Part shown: positions 57,492 through 64,000 of the stretch, one piece after another
Numbering within the stretch: position 1 is the stretch's first letter
Layout: each line of letters begins with the position of its first letter
NCBI GenBank assembly: GCA_964596735.1
Contig: CAZQVF010000002.1
Coordinates: 82,321 to 146,320 of the forward strand
Direction of reading: 5' to 3'
Origin: an uncultured Gammaproteobacteria bacterium
GTDB lineage: Bacteria; Patescibacteriota; Patescibacteriia; UBA2591; UBA6264
DNA length: 64,000 nt
Notes under the pieces: generated by a model
The model's database searches: none
Told to the model about the DNA's origin: nothing
Seen by the model: only the letters and a program-made list of their open reading frames with translations
Translations under genes and position numbers: made by a program

Positions 57492-57926
57492 TTAAAAACT
57501 ATTTTTTTTCTTAACAAACATCACTATACTACCAACCATTCCAATTAAAAACCCTATAGGGCAGACAATAATCGCTAAAAAGAAAAAAACCGGCTCATCT
57601 CCTAAACCAATCCTTTGCCAAAAATCTGAACCAAATAAATAAATGAACAGGCCATAAATAAAATTATGTAAAAGTATGCTGACAAAAAAACCTGACGAAG
57701 AAAGGCCTGTTAATATTAAAAACTTTCTCAGCATTTCCCTTGGCTCTCCTTTCATGGCTAAAACTATTAATACTATACCTAATAAAAAGAAAATGGCGAT
57801 TGGTAATAAAAAAAGGATAGAACCTCTGAAGAAGTCTCTAACCGCAGGAATAAAAAACTCACCCAATATCACTAAAAAAACTCCTATTAATACCCAAAAT
57901 GTCGCTGGTATTAAAAATTTTTTCAT
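57492..57926 (-). CDS. Hypothetical 4-TM membrane protein
   Basis: Hydropathy only. Confidence 0.45.
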   Translation of the reverse strand: MKKFLIPATFWVLIGVFLVILGEFFIPAVRDFFRGSILFLLPIAIFFLLGIVLIVLAMKGEPREMLRKFLILTGLSSSGFFVSILLHNFIYGLFIYLFGSDFWQRIGLGDEPVFFFLAIIVCPIGFLIGMVGSIVMFVKKKNSF

Positions 57927-57946
57927 TATTTAATTCTAATAATTAC

Positions 57947-58108
57947 TTAATTCTTCCTATTAAGCAATCCTATTACAATCATTACCAATCCCCCGCCCAG
58001 CCAAATAATTAGCTCAATTCCTGAATGCAAAAATATTCCAATGAGAATCCAGATAATTCCAAGGACTATATGAATTTGATAGGGAAACTTTTTTGTCATT
58101 TTTTTCAT
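57947..58108 (-). CDS. Possible 53-aa membrane protein (alternative frame to track ORF 58014-58244)
   Basis: MKKMTKKFPYQIHIVLGIIWILIGIFLHSGIELIIWLGGGLVMIVIGLLNRKN has two clean TM segments. No obvious SD. Confidence 0.3.
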   Translation of the reverse strand: MKKMTKKFPYQIHIVLGIIWILIGIFLHSGIELIIWLGGGLVMIVIGLLNRKN

Positions 58109-58336
58109 TAATAAACTTAGTTAATAATATAATTATATCATATTTTGAAAAAATTGATATGTTATTTGAATATTTAAAAATCCCTTTCTCTGCTTGACAA
58201 ATATTATACATTATGCTATATTTATTATGTTGATTATTTTTCAAGTTGATTAAAAATCAACACAAGCGAGTAAATGTAGAGATTATGTCGAGTTTCTGCT
58301 TATTACTACGTGTTAATTAACTTAATTTCTACATTT

Positions 58337-58534
58337 ATGCAAGGCACAATCAAGAAATTAACTGATAAAAACTTTGGTTTCATTAGCCAAGAAGGTAGTG
58401 AAAAAGATTTATTTTTTCATGCCAATGAATTGGCTGATGTTAACTTCAGCGACCTTAGAGAAGGTGATGCTGTCAGTTTTGAAGTAACTGACACCCCCAA
58501 GGGTCAAGCTGCAGTCAAAGTGAAAAAAGTTTAA
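58337..58534 (+). CDS. Cold-shock protein (CspA family)
   Basis: MQGTIKKLTDKNFGFISQ...DLFFHANEL is an RNP1/RNP2 cold-shock domain. Long AT-rich 5' UTR. Start at the internal Met of the track ORF. Confidence 0.85.
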   Translation: MQGTIKKLTDKNFGFISQEGSEKDLFFHANELADVNFSDLREGDAVSFEVTDTPKGQAAVKVKKV

Positions 58535-58560
58535 TTCACTTTCAATAGAACTAAATAAAA

Positions 58561-58588
58561 AGACTGCCATTTTCGGCAGTTTTTTTAT
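58561..58588 (+). terminator. Rho-independent terminator after csp
   Basis: GACTGCCattttcGGCAGTTTTTTT. Confidence 0.8.
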
Positions 58589-58686
58589 TACTATCGATGA
58601 ACATTATACCTACTTTATTAATCTAGGTTAAAGCCCCCCATTGTTGTGGGGGGCCTGTTTAAAAATTAACAGATTATTCCGGATTT

Positions 58687-59871
58687 TTATTGATTAAAAT
58701 CAGAAAGAATCTGAATCAGGTTGTAAAACGAGTATTCCAAGGCGTCTGGTCTTGAGTAGTAGAACGGATCTGGCGCTATTTCGCCGGAATTTGATGTCTC
58801 AAGAGCCAGGGTAAGCGGCTTATCAAGTCCGTCACCAATCTTCAAAACATGTTGTAACATATTTTGAAACAAAGGAGTGAGCTTAATCGGAGCATGAGAA
58901 CCACAACGACGATGTTTGGCCAATTTCCACGCATAAGTATCATTCTTGAGAATAACTCGAAGCTCTCGATGATAATCCGTGTCTGTGTCTCTTGGATCAA
59001 GAACGATTACCTGCCATGGGTTATTTCCGTGCAAATGATAATAAGATGTGTTCAACTTGGAAGCCATTTCATTAAAACTGGCTCTTTGTTGAATTGTGCG
59101 CGGAACTTTTCCATTCTCAGCAGAAAAACCAAAGAACTTTTCAAACTCAGGGTTTGGTTGAGCAAACTCTAAATTTTCAATTTCTTCAATTTCTATGCAT
59201 TCTTGATTTAATGCCTGAACCGTACCTAGTAAATGATCAAAGTCCACCACACAGTCAACGTCTGCCTCTTTCATGATATTGAACAAATCCAGATAAATTC
59301 CTGAACGGTGAGATAAGCGAGTAATTGGAAGCCACGCATTGTGTTCAGGTATCCAACAGAAATTGTTCAAATACACTGTTTCTAGTCTTGGGTAAACATC
59401 TGCCTGTCGCATCTGTGAAAGCACTTTTATATGCCATCTCGCTCCGGCAAGCCATTCTTCTGGTTCAATTCGGCAATAAAATCTACGTTCGTTTATAAGG
59501 GCCTTTTGTTTCACAATGTTAGCCCCGTGAAAAACCAAACATTCTGGTGCTGGATCCCACTGAGAAACCGTATCAATCCATTGCCAGAATTCATTTACAA
59601 AACCCTGTTCTCCTTCTCTTTCACTATGATAGAGCTTGGTCAAACATTCATTTGGGAAATGGATGCTATATGGCAAACCATTTAATGATTTTGGGTTAAA
59701 GCTCTTTGAGAAAAGACCTGGTAGTCCTTTAAGCTCAAAGCCAAAACTGATTTCATATCCAGTAGACTTAGTTACTGCATTTTTAAACCATTTTTGGCGA
59801 CTGATATATTCAGGAATACTGTTTTGTGTCCGTACTCCTGCTGGGACAAAGATTCTAAGTTGTCTCTTCAT
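58687..59871 (-). CDS. Hypothetical 394-aa protein, compositionally atypical (GC-richer than surroundings)
   Basis: Long ORF with clearly higher G+C and different codon usage than neighbouring genes; Trp/His-rich; no motif I can assign. Confidence 0.5.
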   Translation of the reverse strand: MKRQLRIFVPAGVRTQNSIPEYISRQKWFKNAVTKSTGYEISFGFELKGLPGLFSKSFNPKSLNGLPYSIHFPNECLTKLYHSEREGEQGFVNEFWQWIDTVSQWDPAPECLVFHGANIVKQKALINERRFYCRIEPEEWLAGARWHIKVLSQMRQADVYPRLETVYLNNFCWIPEHNAWLPITRLSHRSGIYLDLFNIMKEADVDCVVDFDHLLGTVQALNQECIEIEEIENLEFAQPNPEFEKFFGFSAENGKVPRTIQQRASFNEMASKLNTSYYHLHGNNPWQVIVLDPRDTDTDYHRELRVILKNDTYAWKLAKHRRCGSHAPIKLTPLFQNMLQHVLKIGDGLDKPLTLALETSNSGEIAPDPFYYSRPDALEYSFYNLIQILSDFNQ

Positions 59872-59998
59872 GGAATACTTCCTTTCCTGTTTATTTAATG
59901 AGCAGAATCAATTGTAGACCAAGTATAGCACAAATTTCTTGATTTGTCAATATTAAAATTAGGCTTAACAGAGCCTAATTTTTATTAAATCTCTAAAT

Positions 59999-60520
59999 TT
60001 ATTTTAGAGGATTCTGTAATAATTTTATGGTCTGTTTCACTTCCTCTTTAATTCCTTTAATACAGTCTAAATTCTTAACTTCTTCTTCATTAACCCAGGC
60101 ATAATCAGTGAAAGCGCCTTTTTCTGGTTTCACTTCCCCACTTTTATATTTAACAGCAAACTTTATCAATACAACTGGTGTTTCGTCTGGTCTTATAAAA
60201 ACAACGCTGTTGATATAAAATAGTTGGTCATGAATTTCTACCCCTGCCTCTTCTAAGGTTTCTCTTTTTAAGAGTTCAATTACGGCATTTTCATAATCAA
60301 GCACTTTACCATTTAATCTTGTTGGATTATTAATATCTAGATCTTTCCATTCCAGCTTTCCACCAGGAACAGCATACTTACCAGGATGAACCTTTTCTCT
60401 TTTATCTCTTTTTAAAATAAGGCAGCGTTTATCACTTTCACGAAAAACCACTGCATTGGCAACAAAATAGAAAAGTTTCTTTTTTTTAGCATTATCTATG
60501 CTTACTTTTTCAGCCGGCAT
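59999..60520 (-). CDS. NUDIX-like hydrolase
   Basis: GGKLEW...RETLEEAGVEI resembles the Nudix box (E-x7/8-REUxEExGU). Confidence 0.5.
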   Translation of the reverse strand: MPAEKVSIDNAKKKKLFYFVANAVVFRESDKRCLILKRDKREKVHPGKYAVPGGKLEWKDLDINNPTRLNGKVLDYENAVIELLKRETLEEAGVEIHDQLFYINSVVFIRPDETPVVLIKFAVKYKSGEVKPEKGAFTDYAWVNEEEVKNLDCIKGIKEEVKQTIKLLQNPLK

Positions 60521-60521
60521 A

Positions 60522-60851
60522 TTAATATATTAAAATTAAAACTAATAAGATGATTATGGTTGCTAAAAACAACCAGCCAATAGTGCAGAATAATAATTTA
60601 ATCGCCTCTTTCTTATGGTCATTTAAATAAAGATGGGCTACTCTTCCAAAAATTAAAAGACCAACAATAGCGGCAGAAACAACAAATAACAATAAAAAAG
60701 TAAAGGGGGCCCATATGGTTTTCATCTTGCCGAAAATTTTTTCTCCGGAAAAAAGAAGTTGAGAAATAACAAAAACATAAACTAAAACTCCTAAAGAGTT
60801 AATTAAACTCCATGATAATAGTTCTTTTCTTTTTTTATTTTTATTAATCAT
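60522..60851 (-). CDS. Hypothetical 3-TM membrane protein
   Basis: Hydropathy only. Confidence 0.4.
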   Translation of the reverse strand: MINKNKKRKELLSWSLINSLGVLVYVFVISQLLFSGEKIFGKMKTIWAPFTFLLLFVVSAAIVGLLIFGRVAHLYLNDHKKEAIKLLFCTIGWLFLATIIILLVLILIY

Positions 60852-60984
60852 GCTTTAAGTATAACAAAATTTCAGAATTTTAAAATATTGATAAAAGGGC
60901 TATTTCTTTGCCAAATTTTAATAATAAAAAAAGCTCTACTTTTAAAAATTTAAAAACTTGACAAAAACAAAAATTTTTGTTATT

Positions 60985-61010
60985 ATAAAAATAACAAAAT
61001 GGAGGAAACA
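60985..61010 (+). promoter_or_regulatory. Promoter TTGACAAAAACAAAAA-N-TATAAA
   Basis: Near-identical -35 context to the 57195 promoter; followed by GGAGG and a GTG start. Confidence 0.5.
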
Positions 61011-61015
61011 AAAAG

Positions 61016-61236
61016 TGAAAAACGCTCTATTTAAAATAGCAAATGGACGAGTAGCAGGAATCATTGTTGCCGTAATTTTTCTTGGTATTTTTGCCGCTCT
61101 ATTTATCGGTTACAATGTCTTACAAGGTATGTTGCTTGCTCTCGTCTCCATTGTCTTAATTGGTTTAATCTTGTACGTCTGTCCTTTGCTTGTCATGGAT
61201 TTTCTGAATTATAAAAGAGCAATGAAGAAGGGGTGA
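61016..61236 (+). CDS. 73-aa 2-TM membrane protein (GTG start)
   Basis: SD GGAGG 8 nt upstream of GTG 61016. VKNALFKIANGRVAGIIVAVIFLGIFAALFIG... The track ORF 60958 start lies inside the promoter. Confidence 0.45.
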
Positions 61237-61345
61237 AAAATTTTTCACCCCTTCAACTTTTCCATATCTACGAAAATAAAATGAGGGTTACTCTTCATGG
61301 GTTATTTCTAAGCCTGCTTTAATTATAGCGGGTTTTTGTGTTTCC

Positions 61346-61405
61346 TTAACCCAAAAAGCGAGGATTAACTTCGCTTTTTAGTCAAAAACTCCCTTGGTGG
61401 GACGC
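61346..61405 (+). repeat. Direct repeat R1 flanking the TA cassette (contains a 9-bp perfect hairpin)
   Basis: ttaacccAAAAAGCGAggattaacTTCGCTTTTTagtcaaaaactcccttggtgggacgc; 53/60 identical to R2. Confidence 0.8.
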
Positions 61406-61462
61406 TTTTCGAGCTTTTAAGTGGATTAACTGATAATTTGAACTTAAAACTTTATTAATCTA

Positions 61463-61723
61463 TTAATAAATGTCGTGTTTGCCGATAGAATAAAATCTAA
61501 CCACATTTTTCTTTTTATCTACAAAATCAAAAATAATTCTATATTCATAATTTATAGAAAATACCAGAAAACTACTCAACTTGCCATGAAGTTTATGCGT
61601 TTTTAACCTTGAATCCGATGGATTTTTGCGAAAAACTTTTTCTTTCTCCTCAGCCAAATCTTTCACTTTTATTGGCAGCTTTTTGTACTGCTTTGCAAAT
61701 TTAGGCAAATACAATATTTTCAT
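61463..61723 (-). CDS. Type II toxin, RelE/ParE family
   Basis: LKTHKLHGKLSSFLVFSINYEYRIIFDF...VVRFYSIGKHDIY fits the RelE/ParE C-terminal pattern (G.L...YE.RIGDYRIIY...IGHR.DVY). Confidence 0.75.
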   Translation of the reverse strand: MKILYLPKFAKQYKKLPIKVKDLAEEKEKVFRKNPSDSRLKTHKLHGKLSSFLVFSINYEYRIIFDFVDKKKNVVRFYSIGKHDIY

Positions 61724-61731
61724 GAATCAAT

Positions 61732-61947
61732 TTATCGTAAATCCTTCAAAGATTTTAACACTTTTCCTTTGCCGGCCTCAAACTTTAAACGATCTTTCTT
61801 TAGTTCTTCTGCTAACTTATTAGTATTCCATTCACGAATAAGATAACGAAAAAATTCGCTAACAGAAGCATATCCTTCTGCTTTAACCTCTTTTTTTATT
61901 ACCTTTACCATTTTTTCAGGTAAAGAGATGTTAACAATGTTACGCAT
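61732..61947 (-). CDS. Ribbon-helix-helix antitoxin (ParD/CopG-like)
   Basis: VNISLPEKMVKVIKKEVKAEGYASVSEFFRYLIREW is an RHH fold. It lies 8 nt upstream of the toxin gene. Confidence 0.7.
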   Translation of the reverse strand: MRNIVNISLPEKMVKVIKKEVKAEGYASVSEFFRYLIREWNTNKLAEELKKDRLKFEAGKGKVLKSLKDLR

Positions 61948-62045
61948 ATAATTATGTATTAATTGTAATAATCTGTAATAATTTATATTACATATATTAA
62001 CATGGATAATAATAACGTCAATTATAAAACTGTGGATAACCTAAT

Positions 62046-62104
62046 TAACTAAAAAAGCGAGGTTTAACTTCGCTTTTTAGTCAAAAACTCCCCAGGTGGA
62101 ATGC
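62046..62104 (+). repeat. Direct repeat R2 flanking the TA cassette
   Basis: ttaactaAAAAAGCGAggtttaacTTCGCTTTTTagtcaaaaactccccaggtggaatgc. Confidence 0.8.
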
Positions 62105-62246
62105 CTGCCCGCCGACATGGAGGGATGTTAGAACTTAATATAGTTAGATGACAAGAGGACGGGTTTTAAAATGATAATTGATGTTATCTTGCAAAAAGTC
62201 TATAATTAAAATGGACCTGCCTAATTTTTTAATAAAAGGTATTTAA

Positions 62247-64000
62247 ATGAAATCCAACAAAACATTTTACGGCATATTCTTAATATCATTAGCCGCCTTA
62301 TCATTGGAAATAAGCCTGATTAGGTTTTTTTCAATATCCCAGTGGTATCATTTTGCATTTATGATTGTTAGCATCGCTTTATTTGGTCTGGCCGCCTCTG
62401 GAACTTTTCTAACAATTAAAAAATTAAATAATCCGCTGTTTATTTCATCGATATTGTTCTCTTTATCTGTGTTAATTGGTTTTTTTATAACAAATAATTT
62501 AATTTTTGATCCTTTTAAAGCAGTTTTGGATTTTAAACATATATTTATTTTGCTGATTTACTATATTTTTCTTGGCCTGCCGTTCTTCTTTTTCGGAATT
62601 ATAATTGCCCATTCTTTTTTAAAATTTCAAAAAAGAGCCGGGAAAATTTATTTCTACAATATGTCTGGTTCGGCTTTTGGCACATTAGCTTCGCTGTTTT
62701 TCATGTCGTACTTTAACATAAAAACCATATTCATAATTTCCTTAATTGGCTTTATTTCCGCGCTATTTTTTGTTGATAAAAAAAAGAAAAAAATAATCTT
62801 TTTACTTTTTTTAATTCTTATAAATTTGTTATTATTTTTCACTCCATTAGAAATAAATATTTCAAAATACAAAGAATTAAATCAGGCGTTAAATGTTCCA
62901 GGATCTAAATTAATAAACACAGAATATAATTCATTTTCAAGAGTTGATATTATTAAGAGTTCTTTTATAAGATATGCGCCTGGTCTAAGTCCTGCTTTTA
63001 AAGGAAATTTACCAGAGCAGATTGGCATCACCATTGACGCCGGCAATATGAACGCAATCACAAAACACGAAAATCTTGATTTTATTAATAACCTGCCTTC
63101 GGCCATTCCATATTTTTTAAGCCAAAACAAAAAAACATTGATAATAAATTCTGGCGCTGGTTTGGACGTCTTAGCGGCACTAAAAAACAAGGCCATTGTA
63201 ACGGCTTTGGAAACAAATCCGGTTGTTATTGATTTATTAAAAAATGAATACTCAGACTATTCAGGAAATATTTACAACCGGGCAGACATAATTTTTGGAC
63301 AGGGCAGAAGCTTTACTAAGCATAATAAAGAAAAATTTGATATTATTGTTGTTTCTTTAGCCGGCAATGTTTTGAGTACCAGCGGAATTTCAGGTTTAAA
63401 TGAAAATTACTTACTAACGAAACAAGCATTTGAGGACTACTATGATGATTTAAATGATGATGGATTTTTAATAATAACGGATTGGCTAGTTTTTCCACCA
63501 AGAAAAAGTTTAAGATTGTTTTCTTTGTCCTTAGAAATTGATAAAGAGGCAAAAAAAACTGCGCTTTTTAGGACCTGGACTACGGTTACGTTACTTTTAT
63601 CAAAAAAGGATTTGGATCAAAATACTATTGAAAAAATAAAGGATTTTACTGAAGAAAATAAATTTGACATTATTTACCTGCCGACAGGTTTTGTTCCGAA
63701 CAAGAATCTTAAATTTAAAAAACCTTTTTATTATAATTCTGTAAAAAATCTACTGGAAAACAAAAATGAGTTTTACAAAAATTATATTTTTGACGTTAGA
63801 GCGACAACAGATGATCGGCCATTTTATTCTAATTTTTTCAAAATCTCAAAAGTTAATGAGCTGCACAAAATAGTAGACAAATGGAATCCTTTTTTTGATC
63901 CCGGATTTTTATTATTTTTTATACTGGTACAGGCCTTGATTTCAGCCTTAATATTCATACTGCTGCCCATTAAACTCTTTAACAGAACAAGTAAAAAATT
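62247..64000 (+). CDS. Membrane-anchored polyamine aminopropyltransferase (spermidine synthase)-like protein, 3' truncated by window end
   Basis: Open from ATG 62247 to the window end. N-terminal multi-TM region followed by a class-I methyltransferase-like region (LIINSGAGLD, DIIVVSL, DGFLIIT) and another C-terminal TM. Not in the ORF track because no stop lies within the window. Confidence 0.55.
   Translation, partial: MKSNKTFYGIFLISLAALSLEISLIRFFSISQWYHFAFMIVSIALFGLAASGTFLTIKKLNNPLFISSILFSLSVLIGFFITNNLIFDPFKAVLDFKHIFILLIYYIFLGLPFFFFGIIIAHSFLKFQKRAGKIYFYNMSGSAFGTLASLFFMSYFNIKTIFIISLIGFISALFFVDKKKKKIIFLLFLILINLLLFFTPLEINISKYKELNQALNVPGSKLINTEYNSFSRVDIIKSSFIRYAPGLSPAFKGNLPEQIGITIDAGNMNAITKHENLDFINNLPSAIPYFLSQNKKTLIINSGAGLDVLAALKNKAIVTALETNPVVIDLLKNEYSDYSGNIYNRADIIFGQGRSFTKHNKEKFDIIVVSLAGNVLSTSGISGLNENYLLTKQAFEDYYDDLNDDGFLIITDWLVFPPRKSLRLFSLSLEIDKEAKKTALFRTWTTVTLLLSKKDLDQNTIEKIKDFTEENKFDIIYLPTGFVPNKNLKFKKPFYYNSVKNLLENKNEFYKNYIFDVRATTDDRPFYSNFFKISKVNELHKIVDKWNPFFDPGFLLFFILVQALISALIFILLPIKLFNRTSKK

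Noticed and set aside
58014-58244. Track ORF of 76 aa (MKNNQHNKYSIMYNICQ...)
   Set aside because: It is Asn/Ile/Lys low-complexity translation of the AT-rich csp upstream region. A different frame (57947-58108) gives a cleaner 2-TM peptide, itself only low confidence.
61346-62104. Direct repeats flanking the TA pair interpreted as integron attC sites
   Set aside because: I could not find convincing R''(RYYYAAC)/R'(GTTRRRY) core pairs, and no intI is nearby. I keep only the generic 'cassette flanked by structured direct repeats' interpretation.
1-64000. Search for CRISPR arrays, tRNA, rRNA, tmRNA, SRP RNA
   Set aside because: There are no regularly spaced short direct repeats, no GGTTCGANTCC-type T-arm motifs in intergenic regions, and no rRNA-like conserved stretches. 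The only RNA gene I could support is RNase P RNA.

Overview
This 64-kb window is a low-GC, compactly organised chromosomal segment (my by-eye estimate is about one third GC). The gene content and style suggest a CPR/Patescibacteria-like small-genome organism. That rests on an intein-containing dnaE, a giant pilin-fused Cys-rich surface protein and many N-terminally anchored secreted proteins; it is an inference, not a measurement.

The housekeeping backbone, in order, is: rpsB (N-terminus only), rpmE, prfA, a DUF3048-like protein, rplY, a SEDS protein (FtsW/RodA), dnaE, thrS, miaB, a PrsW-like protease, miaA, gatB, a polyprenyl-phosphate sugar transferase, RNase P RNA (rnpB), rnhA, recJ, serS, lysS, greA, the mreC-mreD-PBP2 operon, a GatB/YqeY-domain protein, rpsU and parAB. 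The second half is more accessory: a GIY-YIG protein, an ICMT-like methyltransferase, a Cache-type histidine kinase with a receiver-only response regulator, a Cas4/RecB-like PD-(D/E)xK nuclease, a 2-hydroxyacid dehydrogenase, rubrerythrin, an MFS transporter, uppP, a cold-shock protein, a Nudix-like protein, a RelE/ParE-RHH toxin-antitoxin pair, and a membrane-anchored spermidine-synthase-like gene truncated at the window end.

The most notable items are:
1. A 9.1-kb gene for a 3043-aa surface protein with a VirB2/TrbC-pilin-like N-terminus, Ig/IPT-like and Cys-rich modules, near-identical internal repeats and a C-terminal Hint/BIL (intein-like) domain. It is flanked by two more secreted proteins with Ca-binding Asp-rich (TSP3-like) repeats.
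2. A 376-aa intein at the conserved VFQLE/S site of DnaE, whose endonuclease region looks like Zn-finger + NUMOD3 + PD-(D/E)xK rather than LAGLIDADG/HNH.
3. A family of at least seven copies of a conserved intergenic element: a palindromic core overlapping stop codons, a TTGAAA promoter-like box, and GTAATTTAATTATA next to start codons.
4. A toxin-antitoxin cassette bracketed by ~60-bp direct repeats carrying perfect hairpins.
5. A GC-richer patch (~54.7-59.9 kb) encoding unknown proteins.

No CRISPR arrays, tRNAs or rRNAs were seen.
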